Shown one piece after another: positions 1 to 12,087 of a stretch of 64,000 nucleotides of DNA; the first letter of the stretch is position 1, and each line of letters opens with the position of its first letter. The position numbers and the translations under genes were made by a program. The stretch spans positions 19,036,001 to 19,100,000 of the forward strand of contig NC_086097.1 in assembly GCF_963921235.1 (NCBI RefSeq), written 5' to 3'. The stretch is from Mobula hypostoma (lineage: Eukaryota). The notes beneath the pieces are model-generated. The model searched no databases. It was not told the DNA's origin and worked only from the letters and a program-made list of their open reading frames with translations.

Positions 1-54
1 TTTCTACAGAAGTGGTTTGCCCTTTTTTCAGCAGTGCAATATATAAAATGACCA

Positions 55-126
55 CACTACTATGCAAAAGTCTTAGGTTCCCCAGCTACATAGTATATAT
101 GTGCCTAAGACTTTTGCACAGCACTG
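55..126. mobile_element. Tc1/mariner-like mini-MITE hairpin (right end of a composite element)
   Basis: 23-bp inverted repeats cactactatgcaaaagtcttagg (55-77) and cctaagacttttgcacagcactg (104-126), 3 mismatches; upstream context matches 47470-47563. Confidence 0.7.
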
Positions 127-333
127 TTACTGGAGTGGGAACAATTGCAGTCAATGCCTGAAGCAGGTTCTGTTGCTTTCCACTGTAGTTACCTTCAGGC
201 ATGAGTTTCCCTGTGTAGGTGGATACCTGATTATTGACAAGGAATACGATGAGGCTGGGGAGCATGTTTCTGTGAAGTACGACCTTGTGTAAATATGGGC
301 AGGTGCATTACCGAGGCAACTGAGAAAAGGGAG

Positions 334-516
334 AACCTAAGTACAAGAGATTCTGCAAATGCCGACAACCCAGAATAACACATACAAAATGCTGCAGAAC
401 TCAGCAGATCAGGCTGCATCTGTGGAGAGGAATAAAAAGTCAATGTCTCAGGCCAAGACCCTTCTTCAATACTGCCTGGCCTGCTGAGTTCCTCCAGCAT
501 TCTATGTGTCTTACTT
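334..516. mobile_element. Penelope-like pLTR-derived fold-back element, old
   Basis: Inverted arms (acaaaatgctgcagaactcagcag / ctgctgagttcctccagcattctatgt), decayed hammerhead motif on the minus strand, flanking direct repeats tgagaaaagggag (321-333) / tgaggaaagggag (517-529). Confidence 0.65.
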
Positions 517-785
517 TGAGGAAAGGGAGTAGGTGGTTGCTAGAGGATGACAGGAGATGCTTTTCAGAAGTGTTTCATTGGTTGGACAGTACTTAAGTCC
601 TTCCTATGGGTGTGAACAGTTCACTGGACAATGATGGCAGTTCTGCTGTGCCCAAGGTGCAACCCAATAGGGCTTAAACTGGTGTCCAATCTCTCTCAGC
701 ATAATGCTTTCCTCTGCCATTTCTGCATGCCAGAAAACATCTCCATTTTAGTCCTGTCACTGTTGAGCTGCACTGTATATCCACG

Positions 786-902
786 TTACTGAGCGTGTTT
801 CATGGTATGTTTCAGATGCAGGTTGTAAACCTCAGCAATGAATTGCTCCCGTAGAAAACTAGATTGAAATTGTGGCCGTTTCTGAGTGTGTACTTGGGAC
901 AT
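786..902 (-). other. Candidate short ORF or exon (38 aa, MSQVHTQKRPQFQSSFLREQFIAEVYNLHLKHTMKHAQ), paralogous to 3822-3960
   Basis: Manual translation; 17/24 aa identity to the 3822-3960 segment with six synonymous differences. Confidence 0.35.
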
Positions 903-949
903 AGGTCATGATTTAGTGAGAGCAACACAGGCTTCAATACTTGAGCAGC

Positions 950-1386
950 AAATAATCGAAGCGCTCGGCAGAGATGGTGCTCGGTGCTCGGTGTCAGAGG
1001 GCTGGTCGGAGGCTCGAAGTTTTCGGGCGGACTCAAGAGTCGGCCGTGGTCGGGTGCTGCATCGGCAAGTTTACAGCGCTGGAGGTTCATGGCAGGAAGA
1101 GTTTCTCCCTTCTACCGTCTGCTTGAGATGATGGGACTTTCGAGAGACTTTGAGACTTTTTTTTACCATGCCCATGGTCTGCTCTTTATCAAATTACGGT
1201 ATTGCTTTGTACTGTTGTAACTATATGTTATAATTATGTGGTTTTGGTCAGTTTTTTTGTCTTGGTTTGTCTTGTGTTTCTGTGATATCACACCGGAGGA
1301 ACATTGTATCATTTCTTAATGCATGCATTACTAAATGACAATAAAAGAGGACAGAGTGTCCTCATAATCTAATCTAATTTAATCTT
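950..1386 (+). mobile_element. Non-autonomous retroposon with (AATCT)n Rex1-type tail, 5'-truncated copy
   Basis: Closely similar to 28060-28440 and 50425-50533; ends atgacaataaaagagg...aatctaatct; possible TSD cttgagcagc / cttgaggagc. Confidence 0.75.
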
Positions 1387-1397
1387 CTTGAGGAGCT

Positions 1398-1660
1398 CAG
1401 CACCACGATAGCATAGCAGTTAGTGAGACGCTATTACAGCTCAGTGCATCGCAGAGTTCGGAGTTCATTTCTGGCACTATTTTGTACAACCTCCCCGTGG
1501 AATGCATGAGTTTTCCCCTGGTGCTCTGATTCCCTCCTACACTCCGTGGGTTAATTGTCATTGTAACTTGTCCTGTGATTAGAATTGGGTTAATCGTGGT
1601 TGTGCGGTTGCTAGGGCAGCATGGTTCGAAGGGCCAGAAGGGTCTGCCCCGTGCTATATA
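1398..1660 (+). mobile_element. tRNA-derived V-SINE (HE1-like)
   Basis: tRNA-like head, decayed V-domain (ctccccgtgg...ggtgctctg), CR1-like tail gaagggccagaagggtctg. Confidence 0.7.
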
Positions 1661-2571
1661 GAATGAATAGAGCGGTATTTGTGGAAGGAAAGGAATGGAC
1701 AGGTTTGGACTTGCAACCCTAACAATTCCTTTCGTCCCACAGATGGTGCTTAACCCATAGAGTTCCTCCAGCAGGTTGCTTGTCACTTCAGATTCCAGCT
1801 TCTGCTGTCTCCTCTGTCTTCAGACTTCAACATTCCTAATTTCTTGGCCCAGAATCATCAAGAAGCAAACCATTGAATACAGCGAAGATCAGTGGGACAT
1901 TTGGAGCGGCGGAAGCTGAGGGAAGACCAGTTAAAAAGTTTATAAAATTGGAGGGGCATAGATAGAGTAGGCAGCTGATATCTTCTTCCTTTGTTAGAAA
2001 TGTCTGACACTCACGGGCATGCATTCAAGGTGAGAGGGTAAAATACGAAGACTTGGAATCCCCATGACAGCATGGGTTTCCTCCGCCTCCTCCAGTTTCC
2101 TCCCAATTCTGAAGATGCACGGGTTAGATCAATTGGTCACATGAGTGCAATTGGCCAGCATGGGCTCATTGGTCCAGAAGGGCCCATTACTGTGTAGACC
2201 TCTGAGTAAAACATAAAATAAAAGATGTGCAGGGCAGGTTTGTTTTACATAGGGACGTGGCGGGTGACTGCAATGTGCTGCCAGGCTGGTGTTGAAGGCA
2301 GATACAATTAAGGTGTTTAAGAGGCTCTTGGACAGACACATGGATCTGCAGAGACTGGAGGGATACAGACCCTGTAGGTACAGAATGGATTAGGTGCCAG
2401 CAGCTTAATTACTTCGGCACAACAGCCTTTTCCAGTGTTGTGTTGTCCTGTTTGATTCCTTCCCTTAATGTTAGAACCTGGTACAGTGCATTAAGCAAAT
2501 GTGTTACATCATCCTCTGAGTCTTCAGCTATGAGAGGCATAGCATTCACTCTGTAGGACTCTGACCTACAG

Positions 2572-3140
2572 AACAGATTCAGATTTTATTTATCACCTTT
2601 ATTTATAAACAGATAGTAAAACGTACAAATGTCAGTGTCGACCTAGCATACCCTCAGCACTTGGCTGAACGACACAGAACACATCAAACAATAAAACAAC
2701 AACAGCAAAACAAGCCCCTTTCTTCCCTCCCATCCACTCACACACACGGACTCTCCTCCATCTCCAGGACAAGCCTCCGGGCCTCCACTCTCCAGGATTT
2801 GGTCATTGGGCATCTACTTCCAATTGACCTTTGGGCTTCGATCTTCAGTGTTGACCCCTGGACTAGCTGATGACAGGACCCCAAACTCCAGGCCTGAACT
2901 CTGGTCTCGCTGACTCACCAGCCTTTGTGCCTCCTGCTCGCACAGACTTCCGATCCCAGGACCCACTGACCTGGGACAGCCCGACATCCAAGGATGCCCT
3001 TCGTCACACATCCACACCGCTGGCCTTTGAGTGTGAAGCGGCGGCCTAGACTCCGAACGTCCTTCATCCCATGTGCACGTCGCTGGCCTTTGAGAATGGA
3101 GTGGGGGCCTAGACTCCAGGTGATCTCCGTTACCTGTCTA
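2572..3140 (-). mobile_element. Non-autonomous element with Rex1-type tail and internal short duplications
   Basis: cagattcagattttatttatcac tail; similar to 15560-16095; internal repeat cgctggcctttgag...ggcctagactcc occurs twice. Confidence 0.5.
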
Positions 3141-3821
3141 TACAGCCTCGAAAACTGGTTGTAGTGTGCAATGCTTATGAGATCTCCAATTACACTGAGA
3201 CATGCTCTTCCATATGGCGTTCGTGCTGGTGATGTGACTTGTTAACTGGTCTGAGAAGAGTTAAAGGATTAGCACCTCTGCAAGAGAAACACAGTCTCCA
3301 GAACTGCACATTTGCTAGCCACACATGCCTGAAATATCATTTCAGAGGTTTGTTGATTTTTAAGAGACAGTTTTCCGTCCCATTTAAAGGAACAGATGTC
3401 GGTCTCATCCCCCCAAAAACTTCCATTAAGGGCAACTGATCCAGAGATCTCATAATCTACCCCGCCTCCCCACCCCATCAATATGCAATCTTTTTTAATG
3501 TTCTTCCCTGCACAAAATTAAAAATGGAGACGTCACCGTGCAATTGAAAGCAGACTAATGCGAGGGTTAAAGTTATGAAATAAAAGGCAGACTTAACAAC
3601 CATCAAAAACGCAGTCGTGTTTTTCTTATGATCTGGAAAGATATAAAAAAATTACCATATAAATGTTCTAGTTTTCTAAAAAGGCTTCAAGGGCAAAGTA
3701 ATCTCTTAATCTTGTCTGTCAGCACAAATCAGAAATGTTGACAGAATACAAAGCAGCATCTCTCAAATCTTCCTGCCATAATATGGAACATGACAAGGGC
3801 AAATCGAGTACTTCCACAGAA

Positions 3822-3960
3822 TTATCCTCTGCGAGTATGTTTCATTGCTCTTGTCAAGCTCAGGTTGTAAACATTGGCGATGAATTGCTCCTGTGGAAAG
3901 CTGGATTGAGGATCACGTTGTTTCTCTCTGCTTGGGAATCCTGGTTGCACTTTGGCTGGG
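3822..3960 (-). other. Candidate terminal coding exon (PAKVQPGFPSREKQRDPQSSFPQEQFIANVYNLSLTRAMKHTRRG*)
   Basis: Preceded by acceptor-like tttatcttctgtttcag; in-frame stop upstream of the acceptor; paralogous to 786-902. Confidence 0.35.
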
Positions 3961-4149
3961 CTGAAACAGAAGATAAATTGGCTTCATTTCTCCTGCTTTA
4001 TTGGCATTGAACACTAGCTTATGAATCATTGACAAGCAAGTCACTGCAGCTTAAGAAAACCCGAAATTAAAACAATTCTTTTCCCGGTTTGGGAACACCA
4101 ACTCTGTCTCTCTCGTCCGCTCCCTCTCCCCACTAAAGCATCTTGAGCT

Positions 4150-5605
4150 GCTAAGCTGTGCAAAATGAAGGATCCCAGCCTGCAACTGTTTATTCCTCTC
4201 CATAGCAACACACGCAGAATGCTGGAGGAACTCAGCCAGGCAGGCAACGTCAATGGAAAAGAGTAAAAAGTTGATGTTTAAGGCCGAGACCTTTCTTTGG
4301 GATTGAGGAAGAAGAAGGAAAGAGTCAGAATAAAAAGGTTGAGTGGGGAGGGAAAAGAGGTTAGCTGCAAGGTGATAGGTTCACCTTCAGGAGAGGGAAA
4401 TCAGAGGTCCATGAGCCAGTAATCACTGGAGGATCGGAGGATCGGAGGTGGAGAGGGTCAGTAACTTTGAACTTATCGGTGTTGCTATCTCAGAGGACCT
4501 GTCCTGGACCTATCCCATAACTATTGCAAGGAAAGCACAACAGTGCCCCCACTTCCTCAGGAGTCTTTGGAGACTCAGCACGTCATCAAAAATCTTAGCA
4601 AGCTTCTATACATGTATAATGGAAAGGGTGCTGACTGGCTGCATTACGGCCTGGTATGTGAACACCAATGCCTTTGAGTGGAAAACCCTACAAAAGGTAG
4701 TGGATTTGTCCCAGTACATCATGGGGGAAACCCTCCCAACCACTGAGCACATCTACATGAAACGTTGCCATAGAAAAGCAGCATCAATCATCAAAGAACC
4801 TCTCCACCCTGGCCATAATCTTTTTTCACCGCTGCCATCAGGTAGAAGGTACAGGTGCCCCAGGACTCACACCAACAGGTTCAAGAACAAACACTACCCC
4901 TCAACCATCAAAGGAGATAGCTACACTCATCTAAGGACTCTTATATTGTTATTTCATGCTTGTTATTTATTGCTATTTTTTATATCTGCACTTGCACAGT
5001 TTGTTTACAGTTAACAGTTCCTGATGTTTACGGTTTGCAATTATTGTTCTATTGATTTACTAAGTATCCCCACAGAGAAAAAAAATCTTCAGGTTGTATG
5101 TGGTGACATGTATTACTCTGATGACAAAATTTACTTTGAACTTTGAACTTTAGGTGAAATTAGGTGGGTATGAAAGGTCAAGGACTGGAGAAGAAAGAAT
5201 CTGATAAGAGAGGAGAGTGGAGTCTAGGAGAAAGGGAAAGAGGAGGAGAGCCAGGGCAGGTGAGATGAAGTGAAAGGTCAGAGTGGGGAATAGAGGAAGA
5301 GGAGGAAGGAAATTTGTTCACTAGAAGGAGAAATTTGTTCACCGGAAGGAGGAATCGATATTTATGCCATCATTCCCTTCCATAGACGCTGTCCGAGCTG
5401 CTAAGATCCTCCAAAATTTCGTGTGTCTTGCTCTGGATTTCCAGCATCTGCAGAAACTCTTGTGTTGACAATATCCTGAAGAAGAGTCTTGGGCTGAATT
5501 GTCAGCTGTTTATTCATTTCCATTGAGGATGCCTGGCCTGCTGAGTTCCTCCAGCATTTTGTGTGATGCTCTGGGTTTTCAGCATCTGCAAAATCTCTTG
5601 TGTTT
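4150..5605. mobile_element. Penelope-like pLTR fragments in inverted and tandem arrangement, interrupted by a Rex1 LINE
   Basis: atgctggaggaactcagc / ctgctgagttcctccagcatttt motifs; decayed hammerheads near 4270-4300 (-) and 5474-5508 (+); purine-rich PLE 3' UTR 4300-4380 resumes at 5151. Confidence 0.6.
4395..5150 (+). mobile_element. Rex1/Babar LINE 3' fragment
   Basis: ORF 4448-5014 has C-terminal Rex1-type motifs (LTGCITAWY, HPGHNLFSPLPSGRRYR); (ctttgaa)n tail. Confidence 0.85.
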
Positions 5606-6317
5606 TTGAGCTGTTGAGTATTTCCAACATTTTCTATTTTGCTTTTAGCGTGATTCAGTATAAACAGGTTTCTGAGAGAGCTATCAAAATAACCTCATCC
5701 TTTATCCTTTACTCATCCCCCCATTGCTCTGTAATTTTCCCCTTGAAAATCTAATAACTTTTGCACTGTAACAATTAAAGCCGCGTCCATCACTCATTCT
5801 AGTGGAGCTCTCCAGATTCTCGAAGCTCCACTGCACTTTAAAATAATTAATTTCTGTGACACCCACACACCCTGACTCTGGGGTATTTTACCATCAAAAT
5901 AGACAGGATGGAGCCTGGTTTGATATCTCTTTCAGAAACTGCCAAGTTGCAGTACATCCTCTGAATTCCCAGTGCTTTGAGTCGGCCCTTGAAATTTTGA
6001 CTTTTATCCCATTTCCAGTATCGCCACTGTTTTACCATTACAACACCATAGAGCGTAGGCGAAGCACAGGCTTTTAGGCCAATGATGTTGTGCCAACCTT
6101 TTAACCTACTCTAAGATAAACCTATCCCTTCTCTCGTGTGTAGCCCTCTATGTTTATATCACCCATGTGCCTAGCTAAGGAATCTCTTTGAGGTATCCAC
6201 TTCTACCGTCACCCCTGGCAGCTCGCTCCAAGCACACACCACTCTCCATGTAAAAAACTTGCCTCTGAGGTCCTCCCTATATTTCCCTCCAAAGCACTGT
6301 ACATTAATTTATAAATT

Positions 6318-6714
6318 AAATCTGTGGTAAAGAAGGCAAATGCAATGTTGGCATTCATTTCAAGGGGAATAGAATATAAAAACAAGGAGATAATGTTGAG
6401 GTTTTATAAGACGTTAGTCAGGCCACACTTGGATTATTGTCAACAGTTTTGGGCCCCATTTCTCTGAAAGGATATGTTGACATTGGAGAGAGTCCAGAGG
6501 AGGTTCAAGAGGATGATTCCAGGAATGAAGGGGTTAACATATGAGGAGCATTTGGCAGCCTTGGACCTGTACTCACTGGAATTTAGTGATCTCATTGAAA
6601 CCTACCGAATTTTGAAAGGACTAGCTAGATAAGGTGGATGTGGAGAAGATGTTTCCTTTGGTGGGGGTGCCCAGAAGTAGAGGGCACAACCTCAAAATTG
6701 AGGGGTGACTCTTT
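6318..6714 (+). mobile_element. CR1 LINE 3' portion (host; resumes at 12088-12358)
   Basis: Encodes decayed VVKKANAMLAFI...HLDYC; continues in register as ttagaacagagg... with a cttatggt tail at 12088-12358. Confidence 0.8.
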
Positions 6715-6715
6715 A

Positions 6716-9700
6716 TAGACAATAGACAATAGGTGCAAGAGTAGGCCATTCAGCCCTTCGAGCCAGCACCACCATTCACTGTGATCATGGCTGATCATCC
6801 ACGATCAGTACCCTTTTCCTGCCTTCTCCCCATATCCCTTCACTCCGCTATCTTTAAGAGGTCTACCTAACTCTTTTTTGAAAGTTTCCAGAGAACTGGC
6901 CTCCACTGCCTTCTGAGGCAGAGCATTCCACAGAACCACAACTCTCTGTGTGAAAAAGTTTTTCCTCCACTCTGTTCTAAATTGTCTACCCCTTATTCTT
7001 AATCTGTGGCCTCTGGTTCTCGACTCCCCCAACATCAGGAACATGTTTCCTGCCTCTAACGTGTCCAATCCCTTAATAATCTTATATGTTTCAATCAGAT
7101 CCCCTCTCATCCTTCTAAATTCCAGAGTATACAAGCCCAGTCACTCCAATCTTTCAACATATGACAGTCCCGCCATCCCAGGAATTAACCTCGTGAACCT
7201 CCGCTGCACTCCCTCAATAGCAAGAATGTCCTTCCTCAAATTTGGAGACCAAAACTGTACACAATATTCCAGATGTGGTTTCACCAGGGCCCTATACAAC
7301 TGCAGAAGGACCTCTTAGCTCCTATACTCAATTCCCCTTGTTATGAAGGCCAGCATGCCATTAGCTTTCTTCACTGCCTGCTGTACCTGCATGCTTACTT
7401 TGAGAGACTGATGAACAAGGACACCTAGATCTCGTTGTACTTCCCCTTTTCCTAACTTGACACCATTCAGATAGTAATCTGTCTTCCTGTTCTTGCCACA
7501 AAAATGGATAACCTCACATTTATCCACATTAAACTGCATCTGCCATGCACCTGCCCACTCACCCAATCTGTCCAAGTCACCCTGCCTTCTCATAACATCT
7601 TCCTCACACTTCACACTGTCACCCAGCTTTGTGTCATCTGCAAATTTTACTTTTAATCCCTTCATCTAAATCATTAATATATATTGTAAATAGCTGCAGT
7701 CCCAGCACCGAGCCTTGCGGTACCCCACTAGTCACTGCCTGCCATTCTGAAAAGGACCCATTAATCCCTACTCTTTGTTTCCTGTCTGCCAACCAATTTT
7801 CTATCCATGTTAGTACCCTACCCCCAATACCATTTGCTCTAATTTTGCACACTAACCTCCTATGTGGCACCTTATCAAAGGTTTTTTGAAAGTCCAAGTA
7901 TACTACATCCACTGGCTTTCCCATGTCCATTTTCATAGTCACATTCTCAAAAAATTCCAGATTAGTCAAGCACGATTTCCCCTTCATAAATCCATGCTGA
8001 CTCGGACCTATCCTGCCACTGCTATCCAAATATGCCACTATTACATCTTTTATAATTGATTCCAGCATCTTCCCCACCATTGATGTCAGGCTAACTGGTC
8101 TACAATTCTCTGTTTTCTCTCTCCCTCCTTTCTTAAAAAGTGGGATAACATTAGCTACCCTCCAATCCGCAGGAACTGATCCTGAATCTATAGAACATTG
8201 GAAAATGATTACCAATGTGTCCACGATTTCTAGAGCCACCTCAAGTACCCTGGGATGCAGACCATCAGGCCCTGGGGATTTATCAACCTTCAGTCCCATC
8301 AGATTACCCAACACCATTTTGTGCCTGATTCGAATTTCCTTCAGTTCCTCTGTTACAGATCCAAAGTACCTATTCAGCTGGTCTGCCATTTCCTTGTTCC
8401 CCATAATAATTTCGCCCGTTTCTGTCTTCAAGGGCCCAACTTTGGTCTTAACTGATTTTTTTCCTCTTCACATACCTAAAGAAGCTTTTACTATCATCCT
8501 TTATATTTTTGGCTAGCTTACCTTCGTACCTCTTCTTTTCCCCCCGTATTGCCTTTTTAGTTATCTTCTGTTGCTCCTTAAAAGCCTCCCAATCTTCTGG
8601 CTTCCCACTCATCCTTGCTATGTTATACTTCCTCTCTTTTCTTTTTATACTGTCCTTAACTTCCCTTGTCATCCACAGTCGCCCCTTACTCCCCTTAGAA
8701 CCTTTCTTCCTCTTTGGAATGAACTGTTCCTGCACCTTCTGTATTATTCCCAGAAGTACCTGCCATTGTTGTTCCCCTGTCATCCCTGCTAGGGTATCTT
8801 TCCAGGCAACTTTGCCAGTTCCTCCCTTATGTGTCCATAGACCCCTTTGTTCAACTGTAATACTGACACTTCTGATCTTCCCTTCTCCCTCTCAAATTGT
8901 AGATTAGAACTTATCATATTATGGTCACGACCTCCTAATGGCTCCTTTACCTCAAGTTCCCTTATCAAATCTGGCTCATTACACAACACTAAATCCAGAA
9001 TTGCCTTCTCCCTGGTAGGCTCTAACACAAGCTGCTCTAAGAATCCATCTCTGAGGCATTCCACAAACTCCCTTTCTTGGGGTCCAGTACCAACCTGATT
9101 TTCCCAGTCTACCTGCATGTTAAAATCCCCCATAACAACCATAGAATTACCTTTGCTACATGCCAATTTTAACTCTTGATTTAACTTGCAGCCTATATCT
9201 AGGCTACTGTTTGGGGGCCTGTAGACAACTCCCATCAGGGTCTTTTTGCCCTTGCAGTTTCTCAGTTCTATCCATACTGACTCTACATCTCCTGATTCTA
9301 CGTCCCCCTCGCAAGGGACTGAATTTCATTCCTCACCAACAGAGCCACCCCACCCCCTCTGCCAACCTGTCTGTCCTTTCGATAGGATGTATATCCCTGA
9401 ATATTCACTTCCCAGCCCTGGTCCTCTTGCAGCCATGTCTCTGTTATTCCTACAACATCATACTTGCCAATTTCCAACTGAGCCTCAAGCTCATCCACTT
9501 TATTTCTTATACTCCGTGCATTCATATATAATACTTTTAATCATTTTAAAGTAATACTTTTACTCCCCTCGCCTTTCACATCAATTCCTATTGCACTTGC
9601 CCATACTCTCCGATCCCTTCCTGATCTTTCTGCCCCTTTAATTCTGTTGTCTTTCTTAACTTTTCTTATTCCCTCATTCCCTTTAACTCCATTCTTATAC

Positions 9701-10950
9701 TTCCAGTTCATCTCCACGCCCCCCACTACCTAGTTTAAACACACCCGTGTAGAAGTGGCAAACCTGCCTGCCAGAACGCTGGTTCCCCGTCTGTTAAGGT
9801 GCAACCCGTCCCTTCTGTACAATTCATCCTTACCCCAAAACAGATCCCAGTGGTCCAAGAATCTAAATCCCTGATCCCTGCACCAGCTCCTCAGCCACAC
9901 ATTCAGATCCCCTATCTCCCTGTTCATGTCCTCTCCAGCACAAGGAACTGGAAGCAATCCCGAGATAACCACCCTGGAGGTCCTGTTTTTCAGCCTTCTT
10001 CCGAGTTCTCTGAAGTCACGCCGCAAAATGTCTCTCATCTTCTTCCCGACGTCATTTGTGCCGACATGCACCACCACCTCCAGCTGATCACCTTCTCCCT
10101 TGAGGATGCCCTACAATTGGTCCGTGATATCCTGGATCCTGGCCCCAGGGAGGCAACACACCATCCTTAAATCTCGCCTGTTGCCGCAGAAACCCCTATT
10201 TGTACCTCTCACTATGGAGTCCCCTACTACCACGGCTCTGCCTGACGTCTGTCTCCTCGGCTTTATTTCAGCACCAATTGTTGACTCGCAGACCCGTCTG
10301 CCTCTCAGACTGGCACTGTCTTCTGTCCCGACAGCTTCCAAGAGGGAGAACCTGTTTACGAGAGGCACATCCCCCGTGGTCTCCTGTACACTAAGCATCC
10401 ATCCCTTCCTCATCGTCGCCCCCCCTTCTCTCTTCCGGTATCTTCGATGTAACGACCTCGCTGCCAGTCCTGTCCACAAAAGTCTCTGTTTCCTGGAAGA
10501 ACCTGAGGTCATCCGGTTGCCTCTCCAGTGCCTTAACACGGTCCTTCAGGAGCTGAACCTGGACACACTTTTCACATTTGTAGCAGCCAGAGGCACTATC
10601 AACGTCCCTGACCTCCCACATCATGGCCCACACTGAATCAGTTGACCTGTCATTTCTTCACCACTTCTCACCCTCTCCAACTGTGGCGTAGTCTCCTCCC
10701 TCAGCCTCCTCACCGAAGACTCTCGAGCCAAAGACTCGCACTTTTCTCGCAAGGCACTTCCCTCGACAAGGCCGCTCCCCTCGACAAGGCCACTTCCCTA
10801 GAGTAAACCTTGATTATATTGGCTAATATTTGACTAATTCGTTTCAATTGTCGCAGCTCGGCCGACCTCGAACGTTTGTCTTGCAGTCTGGTCTCAACCG
10901 GGTTTTAAATCAACCACTCCTTCTCAGCCAATGCCCTCACTTTAAGTGCG
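6716..10950 (-). mobile_element. Near full-length CR1 LINE, frameshifted (esterase ORF1, APE-RT ORF2)
   Basis: ORF1 pieces: Cys pairs (CYKCEKC), GDSIVRG, HVGTND, DGLHLN (SGNH fold). ORF2 pieces: [42 protein letters not shown]. (atagaca)n tail. Confidence 0.93.
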
Positions 10951-11095
10951 GAGCGGATGTCTAGACTCGATATGTTCTTCACTATTTTACATACGGCTGT
11001 CAGAATAAAAGGTAAAGATAACAGGTTTAGGGGACAACACACATCAAAGTTGCTGGTGAACGCAGCAGGCCAGGCAGCATCTCTAGGAAGAGGTA

Positions 11096-11137
11096 CAGTC
11101 GATGTTTCAGGCCGAGACCCTTCGTCAGGACTAACTG
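11096..11137 (-). ncRNA. Minimal type I hammerhead ribozyme motif
   Basis: Reverse complement cagttagtc-CTGACGA-agggtctcggcct-GAAA-c-ATC-gactg: conserved core, stem I agtc/gact, short stem II. Confidence 0.7.
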
Positions 11138-11837
11138 AAGGAAGAGCTAGTAAGAGATTTGAAAGTGGGAGGGGGAGGGGGAGATACAAAATCATAGGAG
11201 AAGACAGGAGGGGGAGGGATGGAGCCAAGAGCTGGACAGTTGAATGGCAAAAGGGATATGAGAGGATCATGGGACAGGAGGCCTAGGGAGAAAGAAAAGG
11301 GGGGGGGAAACCCAGAGGATGGGCAAGGGGTATAGTCAAAGGGACAGAGGGAGAAAAAGGAGAGAGAGAGAAAGAATGTGTGTATATAAATAAATAACGG
11401 ATGGGGTACGAGAGGGTGGTGGGGCATTAGCGGAAGTTAGAGAAGTCAATGTTCATGCCATCAGGTTGGAGGCTACCCAGACGGAATATAAGGTGTTGTT
11501 CCTCCAACCGCATGAACATTGACTTCTCTAACTTCCGCTAATGCCTCACCTCCCCCTCGTACCCCATCCATTATTTATTTATATACACACATTCTTTCTC
11601 TCTCTCTCCTTTTTCTCTCTCTGTCCCTCTGACTATACCCCTTGCCCATCCTCTGGGCTTTTTCCCCCCTCCCCCTTTTCCTTCTCCCTGGGCCTCCTGT
11701 CCCATGATCCTCTCATATCCCTTTTGCCTATCACCTGTCCAGCTCTTGGCTCCATCCCTCCCCCTCCTGTCTTCCCCTAATCATTTCAGATCTCCCCCTC
11801 CCCCTCCCACTTTCAAATCTCTTACTAACTCTTCTTT

Positions 11838-11879
11838 CAGTTAGTCCTGACGAAGGGTCTCAGCCCGAAATGTCGACTG
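11838..11879 (+). ncRNA. Minimal type I hammerhead ribozyme motif
   Basis: cagttagtc-CTGACGA(11847-11853)-agggtctcagccc-GAAA(11867-11870)-t-GTC-gactg; predicted cleavage after C11874. Confidence 0.7.
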
Positions 11880-12087
11880 TACCTCTTCCTAGAGATGCTG
11901 CCTGGCCTGCTGCGTTCACCAGCAACTTTGATGTGCGTTGCTTGAATTTCCAGCGCCTGCAGAATTCCTCATGTTTGAGGTTTAGGGGACTCTGGTTTTC
12001 AAGAGAGATTAAGGTCCTGGTTAAGTAAAATAAAAGGAAGTGCCTAGCAGGTATAGGCAGGCAGGAACAAATGAGGTGCTATAGAGG

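Larger units (their letters stand above)
11036..11977. mobile_element. Penelope-like element, inverted pLTR pair with 13-bp TSD
   Basis: Arms about 11036-11459 and 11509-11940 are reverse complements; the minus strand of the centre encodes RLEEQHLIFRLGSLQPDGMNIDFSNFR* (PLE GIY-YIG C-terminus); TSD AGGTTTAGGGGAC at 11023-11035 and 11978-11990. Confidence 0.88.

Noticed and set aside
1396..1416. REST/RE1-like ctcagcaccacgatagc
   Set aside because: Right half-site is poor and the sequence overlaps a SINE head
6950..10636. Many + strand ORFs of 60-180 aa (also 18587-19729 and 59542-63329)
   Set aside because: Antisense shadows of CR1 ORFs
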